Positions 34,081-43,229 of a stretch of 50,727 nt of DNA are shown here, one piece after another. The notes under the pieces are model-generated. The model was not told the DNA's origin, ran no database searches, and worked only from the letters and a program-made list of their open reading frames with translations. Made by a program: the position numbers and the translations under genes. The stretch covers positions 1 through 50,727 of the forward strand of contig WJMC01000141.1 of the NCBI GenBank assembly GCA_014728145.1, written 5' to 3'. Source of the stretch: Candidatus Zixiibacteriota bacterium (GTDB taxonomy: Bacteria; Zixibacteria; MSB-5A5; JAABVY01). Positions within the stretch are counted from its first letter, which is position 1. Every line of letters starts with the position of its first letter.

Positions 34081-34845
34081 CTACGTCAGTGCGAACTTCT
34101 CGCGAACCATGCCGCGCAGTTTCATAACCGCCTTGGTATGAATCTGCGAAACACGAGATTCGGAGATCGTCATGACCTCACCGATTTCCTTCAAAGTTAA
34201 CTCCTCGTAGTAGTACAAGGCGATGACCAGCTTCTCCTGCTCTGTCAAATTCGAAATCGCGATTGTCAGGTAAGCCCTGAGCTCATCTTTTTCGATCGCG
34301 TTCAGGATCGAATCCTTCGATTCAGCATGAATGGTTTCGACCCGGGGAATCTGGCGATTGTCCTCTTCCCGGAAGATCATCTCATCCAGTGACAACAGGA
34401 CGGTTGAATTGGAATCATCCATGGCCTTATGCAGATCTGCCAGGCTGATTTTGAGTTCGGTGGCCAGCTCGGTATCATTGGGTGACCGTCCGAGTTGTGC
34501 CTCCAGTTTAACCATTGCCCGTTCAATTACTCGAGTACGCGCGCGAGTTGAACGAGGCACCCAGTCCAGCGATCTCAATTCATCCAGTATCGCCCCCCTG
34601 ATTCTCGGGACAGCATAAGTCTCGAATTTGACTCCGCGCGAAGGATCGTAATTGGAGAAAGCCTCTATCAAGCCGATAACACCGGTATTGATCAGGTCTC
34701 CAATTTCGACTGATTTCGGAAAACCGACTGCCATCCGGCTGGCAACATTTCTCACTAGCGGAAGGTACTGTGAGATCAACTGGTCGCGCGCTTCCGGAGA
34801 GCCGGTTTGATTGTACGCCTCCCAAATTGCTTCCTTAGCTTTCAT
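34081..34845 (-). CDS. fliA: flagellar RNA polymerase sigma factor (sigma-28, FliA/WhiG/SigD)
   Basis: Region 2 'LISQYLPLVRNVASRM...DLINTGVIGLIEAFSNYDP..GVKFETYAVPRIRGAILDELR', and region 4 'LTEQEKLVIALYYYEELTLKEIGEVMTISESRVSQIHTKAV'. It follows flhF and flhG. Confidence 0.9.
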   Translation of the reverse strand: MKAKEAIWEAYNQTGSPEARDQLISQYLPLVRNVASRMAVGFPKSVEIGDLINTGVIGLIEAFSNYDPSRGVKFETYAVPRIRGAILDELRSLDWVPRSTRARTRVIERAMVKLEAQLGRSPNDTELATELKISLADLHKAMDDSNSTVLLSLDEMIFREEDNRQIPRVETIHAESKDSILNAIEKDELRAYLTIAISNLTEQEKLVIALYYYEELTLKEIGEVMTISESRVSQIHTKAVMKLRGMVREKFALT

Positions 34846-35783
34846 AAAGAATCGTTCCTTGATACTATGCGTGATGGATTGGTTACTCTATTACCAGGTT
34901 CCCCTGCATACTTTTTCACATTTCTTTTATCGGATTTGTGGGCCTGAGAGCTTAACATTAAATCGGAATTTATCTTATCCTCTTTAACCTCTGGCTTATT
35001 TTTTTCCGATGCCGGGGAATCTTCAAAAATACCCATAAGGGCGTTTTGCATATGTTTAAGAAATATACAGCTCTGGCCATCCTCCCGTAACAGGCTCTGT
35101 CTCATAAGGATAGACCGCAGGCTCTGATCATACGGGAGCCACAGGCTGTATTTTAGTTCAAGACCGAGAAAAGTATCTGCCATACGGCTGAATTTCTCGG
35201 CAGTGTTTTCACCTTCCTGCCCGGACTGGACCATATTTACCACCAGCACGAACTGCTGGATGGAGGTATTTTGGGCGGCGTTTTTCAAGACCGCGTAGCC
35301 GTCAGCCAGGGACGCCAGTTCAGGTGTCACTACAACCATAAACTCGTCGGCCAGAGAGGTAAAACTCTCGGTCCGGCTGGAAATACCGGCGGCGGTATCG
35401 AAAATGACCAGGTCGTAATCCTGGTGCAAACCGGAAAGTGCGAGTTTGAGATTGTTGTTTTCCGGATTATACTTGATTTGACTTTCGCTCAAGCCCGAGG
35501 CGGCTGGAAGAAGATCGAGGTTTTTTCCGACTTTAACCAGCACGTCGGCAAGAGCGCATTCTCCCGCCAGGAGATTTTCAACGGTGACTTCGGGAACAGA
35601 GTTGGTCAGAATATGCTGTGACCCGAGGCCCAGGTCGGTGTCGACCAGAAGCACCCTGCGGCCCGCAAAAGACAGCATATGCGCCATGCCCAGCGCTATG
35701 ACCGACTTGCCCACGCCCCCTTTGCCGGAGGAAACCGCCCAGACAGGAGGTAGATTGAACCTTCTGTTAACTGAGTTCGGCAT
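34842..35783 (-). CDS. flhG: MinD/ParA-type ATPase FlhG (YlxH/FleN)
   Basis: Deviant Walker A 'SGKGGVGKS' and 'VLLVDTDLGLG'. Position between flhF and fliA. ATGA overlap with fliA. Confidence 0.8.
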   Translation of the reverse strand: MPNSVNRRFNLPPVWAVSSGKGGVGKSVIALGMAHMLSFAGRRVLLVDTDLGLGSQHILTNSVPEVTVENLLAGECALADVLVKVGKNLDLLPAASGLSESQIKYNPENNNLKLALSGLHQDYDLVIFDTAAGISSRTESFTSLADEFMVVVTPELASLADGYAVLKNAAQNTSIQQFVLVVNMVQSGQEGENTAEKFSRMADTFLGLELKYSLWLPYDQSLRSILMRQSLLREDGQSCIFLKHMQNALMGIFEDSPASEKNKPEVKEDKINSDLMLSSQAHKSDKRNVKKYAGEPGNRVTNPSRIVSRNDSL

Positions 35784-36891
35784 TATGATCCTCCAGGTTT
35801 TCGAACAATTTCGCGGACAATTGAGTCAGGCTGGCAATCTGCAGATCACTGCTCAGGTTACGGCCCCATCCGAAGTACGACAGCTTCATCTTCAGGTAAG
35901 CCGCAATATTGAACGGCAGTCCATACGACTGGGTCTGATCCAGAAATGTGATCGCCACTTGAGTCGGTCCCAGCGGCTCATAGAAATCGAGCCAGTTGAC
36001 GACTTCCGACCAGCGGCTGTAGGCCGGCAGAACGAGGTGGATCTCATCCGGATTGAACAGGTCCAGCTTGGTGATCATCTTGTCCAGATCTTTATTGGAC
36101 CCGAATGGCAATCCCTTGGTATCGGCCAGGACGACATTAAATTCCTTTTCTTCTTCCTCATCCGGATCGAGCCAGTCGGCTTCCTCGATATGCTGAACCT
36201 TAAGAAGCCGGGCATAGATTTCCATATCCTGCGATGCGGTCGGTTTGTAGTCATCCAGGTTCACCAGTGTCGTCTTGACGTTTTGCTGAAACACCAGACG
36301 GGCACCTACTTTTGCCAGAAGCGAGCTCTTCCCGCATCCGGGAGGGCCGATAAAGGCTACCTTGTGGCAACCCGTAGCAAACATCCGTACCGGTTGCGGC
36401 TTTTCACACATTGACAGGAGTTTGACGCGCAGAAGCTCGAGGTTGCGAATGTAATTGCGCTGTTCCTCTTCAGTGGCTTCGGCAAACAAACGCGCGATCA
36501 GGTCCTGCTCCAGATCCTGACGTGACAGGTAAGAACAGACCGGTTTGGCCTCGGTCGGCGCTTGTAGAAGCGTCTTGATCTCTTTCTGGGATTCGATCAG
36601 GTAAGAGATATCTTTTTCAAATCTCCTGATCACCAGACCGACATCGGACAAAAGCCTGCGATCCTCACTGGTCAGCCTGTGCGCCTTTTTGTCTTCTTCC
36701 GCTTTGGTGCGGCTCTTCAGGGGCACATCGCGACCAGCGGTGATCTCAAACCTTTTGATTGGTCTTGAACCCGGTATGCCCTTGTCCTCGAATACTCGCG
36801 TATTGAGTATTACGGCATCGGTACCGAGTTCCTTTTTCACCTGTTGCATGGCTTCCTGCATGGAGCCAGCTTGAAAGTTTTTAATCTGCAT
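35767..36891 (-). CDS. flhF: flagellar biosynthesis SRP-type GTPase FlhF
   Basis: N-terminal 'MQIKNFQAGSMQEAMQQVKKELGTDAVILNTR', G1 'GPPGCGKSSLLAKV', G3-like 'LADTKG', and 'ITFLDQT'. Position after flhA. Confidence 0.8.
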   Translation of the reverse strand: MQIKNFQAGSMQEAMQQVKKELGTDAVILNTRVFEDKGIPGSRPIKRFEITAGRDVPLKSRTKAEEDKKAHRLTSEDRRLLSDVGLVIRRFEKDISYLIESQKEIKTLLQAPTEAKPVCSYLSRQDLEQDLIARLFAEATEEEQRNYIRNLELLRVKLLSMCEKPQPVRMFATGCHKVAFIGPPGCGKSSLLAKVGARLVFQQNVKTTLVNLDDYKPTASQDMEIYARLLKVQHIEEADWLDPDEEEEKEFNVVLADTKGLPFGSNKDLDKMITKLDLFNPDEIHLVLPAYSRWSEVVNWLDFYEPLGPTQVAITFLDQTQSYGLPFNIAAYLKMKLSYFGWGRNLSSDLQIASLTQLSAKLFENLEDHNAELS

Positions 36892-38965
36892 TCTCTATCT
36901 CCACTACTCCGATTGAATGAACTTCTACTTCAGGTAAGATTTCGTTATAAGAGAGCACCACTAACTGTCGCAGGCTGGGACTCAGGAACTTCCACAGGGC
37001 AAGCCTGAGATTGGCGGCCACCAAAAAGATCGGAGGTTCGCCCAATGAGGTGAATTTCTCCGCCTGCTTGACACAGGAGTTGATGACCTTTTCGCCCAGC
37101 TCGGGCGGAAGGATCAGGCTCAGACCGGATTTCTGGATATTGACAGAATCAGCCAATATCTTTTCCAGACCTGGATCGAGTGTCAACACCTTCAGGTTGC
37201 CGTCCAGGCTTAGATACTGGTCTGTTATAATCCGGCGCATCGAGAAACGGCAGTACTCGGCCAAAAGATCAGCATCCTTGGACTGCGGTCCGTAGTCGTT
37301 TAATGTCTCCAGGATGCTCTGCAGATCCTTGATCGGAATCCTTTCGCGCAGAAGATTCTGGAGGACTTTCTGGAGCACGCCCAGGCTGACAATTTCCGGG
37401 ATCGTTTCCGTAACCACCGCGGGATAGTCTTTCTTAGCGATCTCGAGCAGGTTCTGCACATCCTGGCGCGACATGATTTCAGCCGCATGTTGCTTAATTA
37501 TTTCAGTCAGGTGCGTGGCGATGACTGAGGAAGTCTCCACTACAGTATAGCCCTTCATCTCGGCCATTTCCTTGTAGTTCGGGATGATCCACTTGGATTT
37601 CAGTCCGAAGGCCGGATCGACAGTCTTGAAGCCTTCGAGATCATCCTCAGCGGAGCCAGAATTGATCGCCAAGAGGTGATCCATCATCAATTCATAGCCG
37701 TCTATCTTTACACCTTTGAGCTTGATTATATACTGGTTCGGTTTGAGTTGGATATTGTCACGGATTCTGATCGGCGGTACGATCATCCCCATATCGGATG
37801 CGATCTGCCTGCGGATCATGCCCACCCTCTCGAGCAGGTCACCGCCCTGCGAGCTGTCTACCAGAGGAATCAGGCCATAGCCTATTTCGATCTCGAGCGT
37901 ATCGAGTCGCAGGAAATCTTCCGCCTGAGCCTGCGGTTCCGAATCATCTTCAGGCTTGTGGATCTCTTCCTCTGCCGCCCTCTCGGCCTTATCAGCTTTT
38001 TGTGTGCGCAGAAGCAGGAATCCGAACAAGCCAATCAGCACTCCCAGAAATCCGAACGGCAAAGTCGGCAGGCCCGGCATGACAGCGAATAAAAACAAGA
38101 TTCCGGAGGTAGTCAAAATCGCACGCGGTCGATTGGAAAGCTGACTCAGGAGATCCTCGCCGAGGTTTGCCTTGGCCGCCGCCCGTGTCACCAGGATGCC
38201 GGCCGAGGTCGATACGATCAAAGCCGGGATCTGGGTCACCAGACCATCACCCACAGTCAGCAATGTGTATGTCGTCAGAGCTTCGCTCAGGTCCATCCCG
38301 CGCTGGAGTGCGCCGATAATCAAACCACCGACGATATTGATCGTTGTAATAATGATACCAGCTACGGCGTCACCGCGCACGAACTTCGAGGCACCGTCCA
38401 TAGCCCCGTAAAAGTCTGCTTCATTAGTGATCTGTTCCCGCCGTTTAAGGGCTTCACGCTCATCAATAAGACCGGCATTCAAGTCGGCATCGATCGCCAT
38501 CTGCTTACCAGGCATGGCATCCAGGGTGAAACGAGCCGCTACCTCTGAAATTCGCGTGGCACCTTTGGTAATCACCACGAACTGGATGATGACCAGGATC
38601 AGGAAGATGATCAATCCGACAACATAGTTGCCCTTGACGACGAAATTCCCGAAGGCGTAGATCACCTCACCGGCGTACGCATCGCCCAAAATCAGCCTCG
38701 TGGAGGCGACATTCAAGGCCAACCGCAACAGGGTTACAACCAGAAGCAGTCCCGGAAATACCGAGAGTTCCATCGGTTTATTGATGAACATGGTGGTCAA
38801 AAGGATTACCAGCGCGAAGGCGATATTGAAACTCAGGAGGACATCCAGCATCCCCGGCGCGGTCGGTATAACCAGTATCAATACAATACCGATTACCGCC
38901 ACACCCATGACTATATCAGCCTGGGAAGACAACTGCGACAGTATGCCTTTACGTTTTTTCGCCAT
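36881..38965 (-). CDS. flhA: flagellar type III export gate protein FlhA
   Basis: 694 aa, FHIPEP family. N-terminal TM region with 'FPGLLLVVTLLRLALNVASTRLIL', 'GAMDGASKFVRGDA', and a large cytoplasmic C-domain. Confidence 0.95.
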   Translation of the reverse strand: MAKKRKGILSQLSSQADIVMGVAVIGIVLILVIPTAPGMLDVLLSFNIAFALVILLTTMFINKPMELSVFPGLLLVVTLLRLALNVASTRLILGDAYAGEVIYAFGNFVVKGNYVVGLIIFLILVIIQFVVITKGATRISEVAARFTLDAMPGKQMAIDADLNAGLIDEREALKRREQITNEADFYGAMDGASKFVRGDAVAGIIITTINIVGGLIIGALQRGMDLSEALTTYTLLTVGDGLVTQIPALIVSTSAGILVTRAAAKANLGEDLLSQLSNRPRAILTTSGILFLFAVMPGLPTLPFGFLGVLIGLFGFLLLRTQKADKAERAAEEEIHKPEDDSEPQAQAEDFLRLDTLEIEIGYGLIPLVDSSQGGDLLERVGMIRRQIASDMGMIVPPIRIRDNIQLKPNQYIIKLKGVKIDGYELMMDHLLAINSGSAEDDLEGFKTVDPAFGLKSKWIIPNYKEMAEMKGYTVVETSSVIATHLTEIIKQHAAEIMSRQDVQNLLEIAKKDYPAVVTETIPEIVSLGVLQKVLQNLLRERIPIKDLQSILETLNDYGPQSKDADLLAEYCRFSMRRIITDQYLSLDGNLKVLTLDPGLEKILADSVNIQKSGLSLILPPELGEKVINSCVKQAEKFTSLGEPPIFLVAANLRLALWKFLSPSLRQLVVLSYNEILPEVEVHSIGVVEIENAD

Positions 38966-38967
38966 TC

Positions 38968-40032
38968 TTAAGCCTTACCTTTCAACCTGTAAACATAGGC
39001 CAGCACCTCGGCCACCGCCTTGTAGAGATTGGCGGGGACAGTCATGCCGACTTCCACAGCTTCATAGAGGGAGCGCGCCAGCGGTTTATTTTCGACTACA
39101 GGGACATCGTTTTCTTTCGCGATTGCCTTTATCTTATCAGCGATCAGGCGTTTACCCTTGGCAACCACGGTCGGAGCATCCATCTCTTCAGCATCGTACT
39201 TAAGGGCAACCGCAATATGTGTCGGGTTGGTTACTATCACGTCAGCGTCAGGCACAGCACCCATCATGCGTGCGTTAGCCATCTCGCGCTGAACTTTGCG
39301 GATACGATTTTTAGTATCGGGGGAGCCCTCGTATTTTTTCATCTCATCTTTGACATCCTGCTTGGACATCCGGAGTTCTTTTTCGTAATCATATTTTTGG
39401 AAAGCGTAATCGGCGGCGGCGATGACGATAAATGCCAGGCAGAGCTTGAGTACTACCCTGAAAGCGGCAGAACCGATAAAAGTGAGGATACTGCCGACCT
39501 CCGAATCGGCCAGTGGAACAACGTTTTTGAATTCGTGAGTGATAGCTAAGTATCCGATCAGTCCGATCGCGGCCAGTTTCAGAAAATCGCGCGCCAGATG
39601 AAACAGTGTGCGACCTGAAAAGAGCCGTTTGAAGCCCTTGGCCAGATTCAACCGCTCGAACTTGGGCTCGATCGCCTTGGTGGACAACATCGGCCCCACC
39701 TGCAAAAGAGATATTCCCGCCGCCATCACAGCCACGGTTATAAAGATCGGCAACAGCACCATGGCGTACTGGGCCAGTATCTGCGTAAAAAATTTAGTGA
39801 AACTGTCGGCGGACATGCTGAATGACGGCGCATTGGAAAAGAGATGCTTCTGCAAATTAGTAAGCCGGGCGAAACCGCTCGGTATAAAGAAAAACAACGC
39901 CACCGCTCCGGACATGAGGATCACCAGAGAAGAGGTCTCCTGACTACGGCAGACCTTGCCTTCTTTGCGCGCCTCCTGTCGCTTTCGTGGAGTTGCTGGT
40001 TCTGTTTTCTCCTGAAAACTCTCTTCCGCCAC
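38968..40032 (-). CDS. flhB: flagellar export switch protein FlhB
   Basis: 'EEKTEPATPRKRQEARKEGKV' N-terminus, 'MSKQDVKDEMKKYEGSPDTKNRIR', and the NPTH autocleavage site 'VIVTNPTHIAVAL'. GTG start. Confidence 0.95.
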   Translation of the reverse strand: MAEESFQEKTEPATPRKRQEARKEGKVCRSQETSSLVILMSGAVALFFFIPSGFARLTNLQKHLFSNAPSFSMSADSFTKFFTQILAQYAMVLLPIFITVAVMAAGISLLQVGPMLSTKAIEPKFERLNLAKGFKRLFSGRTLFHLARDFLKLAAIGLIGYLAITHEFKNVVPLADSEVGSILTFIGSAAFRVVLKLCLAFIVIAAADYAFQKYDYEKELRMSKQDVKDEMKKYEGSPDTKNRIRKVQREMANARMMGAVPDADVIVTNPTHIAVALKYDAEEMDAPTVVAKGKRLIADKIKAIAKENDVPVVENKPLARSLYEAVEVGMTVPANLYKAVAEVLAYVYRLKGKA

Positions 40033-40035
40033 CTT

Positions 40036-40815
40036 TTACCTCGCCAGATAGCTGATAAGTTTCAATGACTCGGTGTTGATCATCCCCAGCGCCTTGCGGA
40101 ATACCAGGGCAAAAATCGGCACAGATGCGCCGGTAAAAAACAATCCCAGAGCAATCTTGATAGGAAAACCGACGATGAAGATGTTCATCTGGGGCACCGT
40201 CCGGGATATCACCCCCAGGGCGACATCGGTCAAAATCAGAGCCGCCATTACCGGTGAAGCGATCTTTATGCCGATCACGAATATTCCCGTTATGATTGAG
40301 GCCAGTTCGGTGGTGACGGCAAATCGAAATACCGCTTCGTTGAGCGGTACCAGCTTGTAGCTCATCACCAAAGCCTGCAGTATCATGTGATGACCGTTCA
40401 GAATAAAGAACATCAAAGTCGCCAGGATATACTTGAATTGTGACATAATCGAAACCTGGTCCTGGGTAACCGGATCGATAACATTGACGATCATGAAACC
40501 CATCTGGAAACCGATAAAAGCTCCTGCCATCTGAACCCCGATAAACAGGCTGGCAAAGACGAATCCGATCAGCATACCGAGAGCGACTTCACGCAGTCCC
40601 AGGGCCACAAGGTCAAGAAGGTTAGTTGGCGCTGTATAGCCACCGAGAGTGACCAGCGGGCTGATCATAGCCGCCAGAATCAGCGCGAACATAATCTTCA
40701 TGTGAGGAGGCATGCCTCTTTGCGAGAATACCGGTGCGATAAAAAACAGTCCGGATATCCTGAAAAAGACGAATAAAACCGTCTCCAGATTATATTGTAA
40801 CAGGTCCAGTATCAA
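40036..40815 (-). CDS. fliR: flagellar export apparatus protein FliR
   Basis: 259-aa polytopic membrane protein ('VFFRISGLFFIAPVFS', 'FIVGFPIKIALGL'), immediately upstream of flhB. TTG start with GGAG 5 nt upstream. Confidence 0.85.
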   Translation of the reverse strand: MILDLLQYNLETVLFVFFRISGLFFIAPVFSQRGMPPHMKIMFALILAAMISPLVTLGGYTAPTNLLDLVALGLREVALGMLIGFVFASLFIGVQMAGAFIGFQMGFMIVNVIDPVTQDQVSIMSQFKYILATLMFFILNGHHMILQALVMSYKLVPLNEAVFRFAVTTELASIITGIFVIGIKIASPVMAALILTDVALGVISRTVPQMNIFIVGFPIKIALGLFFTGASVPIFALVFRKALGMINTESLKLISYLAR

Positions 40816-40855
40816 GTTAACTCCAGGCTACGAGTTTTTTCCTATTCTGCTTTTT

Positions 40856-40871
40856 AGCAAGCACAGTGCCA
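40856..40871 (-). promoter_or_regulatory. sigma-54 (RpoN) -24/-12 promoter upstream of fliR
   Basis: Minus strand reads TGGCAC-TGTGC-TTGCT (consensus TGGCAC-N5-TTGCW), 40 nt upstream of the fliR start. It lies in an otherwise unexplained 181-nt gap between fliQ and fliR. Confidence 0.7.
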
Positions 40872-40996
40872 TTTTGATACAGATATGCTAAGTTATTGCG
40901 AATAAACCAGTTAAAGTGCGCGGGGCTAATTTTGAAGCGCTTTGAGACGATTCGTTTTGGAAATATTTTCTTTTATATAAGGAAAAGAATACCCCC

Positions 40997-41266
40997 CTAA
41001 CCGGTAACCGTCGGAATTGACATGAAGAGATTACGGGTAAAGTCTACCACAACTGTAATGATCCAGGGGAGAAAAACCGCCAGAGCTATCGCAACTGCCA
41101 CGATCTTCGGAATGAAGGTCAAAGTCATCTCGTGGACCTGGGTGACGGCCTGTAACACCGATATAAAAAGTCCGACTATCAATCCAAAAAGCAACATCGG
41201 CGCGGCCACCATCAGGGTTACCGATACGGCCTCTCTTCCGAGCGCCAGGACGAATTCCATAGTCAT
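40997..41266 (-). CDS. fliQ: flagellar export apparatus protein FliQ
   Basis: 89 aa with two TM helices ('LGREAVSVTLMVAAPMLL..LIVGLFISVLQAVTQVHEMTLTFIPK'). GGAGG SD site. Follows fliP. Confidence 0.9.
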   Translation of the reverse strand: MTMEFVLALGREAVSVTLMVAAPMLLFGLIVGLFISVLQAVTQVHEMTLTFIPKIVAVAIALAVFLPWIITVVVDFTRNLFMSIPTVTG

Positions 41267-41277
41267 AGCTTACCTCC

Positions 41278-42036
41278 TCAATAAAATGATCCCACCAGCG
41301 ATTGAATGATCAGGTACCATCCATCTACCAGGACAAACAGCAGTATCTTGAACGGCAAAGCCACCATGATCGGCGGTAACATCATCATCCCCATAGACAT
41401 CAAAACCGAGGCAACCACCATATCGATCACCAGAAACGGCACAAATATTATAAATGAGATCTGAAACGCAGTACGCAGTTCCGAGATAAGAAAACTCGGA
41501 ATCAGGATATAGGTCGGCAGGTCGTCGCGATTCTGTGGCTTGGGCAAATTGGCAAAGGATGCAAACAACTCAATATCCTGTTCACGGGTCTGCTTGAACA
41601 TGAAATCGCGAATCGGCTGGATACCGACATCGTAGGCATCCTCGCGCGTCATTTCACCGTCGATATATGGCTTGACGGCATCACTGTAAACCTGGTTAAA
41701 AACCGGCGCCATCACAAAAATCGTCAGTATCAGGGCGATACCCATCAGGACCTGAGCGGGGGGCATTTGAGGTGTCCCCATCGCCTGCCGGGTCATCATG
41801 ATTACCACCACGATCCTCACGAATGAAGTGACCATGACCAGGATAGTCGGCACCAGAGCCAGGACCGTCAGGGCGATCAGTATTTTGAGGGTGGTCGAAA
41901 AATCCTGAGGGGAATCGGATTCATCCAGGGACAATGACAGCTTAGGCACACCCTGGGCTTGAAGATCGACCGGCACAATTGACAGGACCAGGAGCACTAA
42001 TACCAGCACTCCTACAAGTTTTGGTTTCTGCATCAT
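41278..42036 (-). CDS. fliP: flagellar export apparatus protein FliP
   Basis: Signal-like N-terminus 'MMQKPKLVGVLVLVLLVLS', plus 'TSFVRIVVVIMMTRQAMGTPQMPP' and 'FLVIDMVVASVLMSMGMMMLPP'. The start is set at the ATG at 42036, just after the fliO stop. The track's 59-codon extension overlaps fliO and is rejected. Confidence 0.9.
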   Translation of the reverse strand: MMQKPKLVGVLVLVLLVLSIVPVDLQAQGVPKLSLSLDESDSPQDFSTTLKILIALTVLALVPTILVMVTSFVRIVVVIMMTRQAMGTPQMPPAQVLMGIALILTIFVMAPVFNQVYSDAVKPYIDGEMTREDAYDVGIQPIRDFMFKQTREQDIELFASFANLPKPQNRDDLPTYILIPSFLISELRTAFQISFIIFVPFLVIDMVVASVLMSMGMMMLPPIMVALPFKILLFVLVDGWYLIIQSLVGSFY

Positions 42037-42037
42037 T

Positions 42038-42544
42038 TTAATTCTCTTGCGGATTTTCAACCTGATGGTTGAACATGGGCAAATGTTGCCTGGCATCGTT
42101 AAAAAATGTCTTGAAGCTGAACCCCTTGCTCTCGGGACTTGAAGCTGTCTGGGGCTTGATAAACTCCTGATCGGAGACATCGGCCACCAGGTTGACCGCC
42201 TGTTCGGTGACACCCACCAGCAGGTATTTCTTCTCCACCTTTAAAAGGCAGACCTGCTTTTTGGGTGAGATAAAATGACGGTCGACAACTTCAATAGCTC
42301 CGGACAGCGACTGCCTGCCCATTCTCGCTGTGGAAAGCCGCTTGAGCACAAAAACCGACAGGTAGATCAAGGCAATGATCAGAAGCAAAGCCAGCCCCAT
42401 TTTCAGAAGCGTAGATCCAATCTCACCGCTGAATTCGGGCGAAAACGGCTGAGCACCGGCCTCGGTTGTATCTGCCTGAGAGAACGCGGCTTTATACCAG
42501 CACAATCCGATTGTTACTGTTAAAAAGACCGTTAGTTTTTTCAT
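42038..42544 (-). CDS. fliO: flagellar biosynthesis protein FliO (FliZ)
   Basis: Small protein with one strongly hydrophobic helix ('LLKMGLALLLIIALIYLSVFVLKRL'), between fliN and fliP. ATGA overlap with fliN. Confidence 0.65.
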   Translation of the reverse strand: MKKLTVFLTVTIGLCWYKAAFSQADTTEAGAQPFSPEFSGEIGSTLLKMGLALLLIIALIYLSVFVLKRLSTARMGRQSLSGAIEVVDRHFISPKKQVCLLKVEKKYLLVGVTEQAVNLVADVSDQEFIKPQTASSPESKGFSFKTFFNDARQHLPMFNHQVENPQEN

Positions 42545-43218
42545 TCGAGCATCTTCAATCTTTCTTCGGGCGAAAGTAAACTGGTTATGCGCAGTCCGAA
42601 GTTTTCATCCACGACAACCACTTCTCCGCGAGCCACTATCTTGTTGTTGACGAGGAGGTCGACCGGCTCGCCTGCCAGTTTCTGAAGCTCCACGACCGCT
42701 CCGGGGCCGAGGTTCAAGATATCCTTAATTCTCATCGATGTACGGCCGAGTTCGATCGAAATCGGCAAATTGACATCCAGCAGAAGCTCGAGGTTCTTTC
42801 CCTCTTTTGGGGATGCCGATTCCGAGAAAGTCGGAAAATCAGGTCTCTGTACGCTGGTATCCGATCCGGACGCGGAGACCGCAGTTTCCGCCGGGTCACC
42901 AGCAGAGGCATCACCTTCATTTTCGAGCTTTTCGAGTTCAGCCAGCATCTGCTGTTCGACCATATCGTCGATAGAATCATCTTCGCCTTCCGCTTCCGCG
43001 GCCTCGCCTTCGGGCTCTGGTTCTGACTCTGACTCAGCCTGGGCCGCCTCTTCGGCCTCTGGCTCTTCCTCTTCCGGCTGAGCCGTATCTACATCGACTT
43101 TCTGCCCTGCTTCAGGCTCATCAGCCTCAGATTTTGGCGGAGATTCAGGCGTTTCCTGACCCGATTCTTCGGGCTTTTCCTCTTGTCCTTCGCCTTCCAG
43201 CAATTCATCATCTGCCAT
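42541..43218 (-). CDS. fliN: flagellar motor switch protein FliN with a long acidic N-terminal extension
   Basis: C-terminal SpoA domain 'LELLLDVNLPISIELGRTSMRIKDILNLGPGAVVELQKLAGEPVDLLVNNKIVARGEVVVVDENFGLRITS'. Confidence 0.9.
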   Translation of the reverse strand: MADDELLEGEGQEEKPEESGQETPESPPKSEADEPEAGQKVDVDTAQPEEEEPEAEEAAQAESESEPEPEGEAAEAEGEDDSIDDMVEQQMLAELEKLENEGDASAGDPAETAVSASGSDTSVQRPDFPTFSESASPKEGKNLELLLDVNLPISIELGRTSMRIKDILNLGPGAVVELQKLAGEPVDLLVNNKIVARGEVVVVDENFGLRITSLLSPEERLKMLE

Positions 43219-43229
43219 TTAGCAATCTC

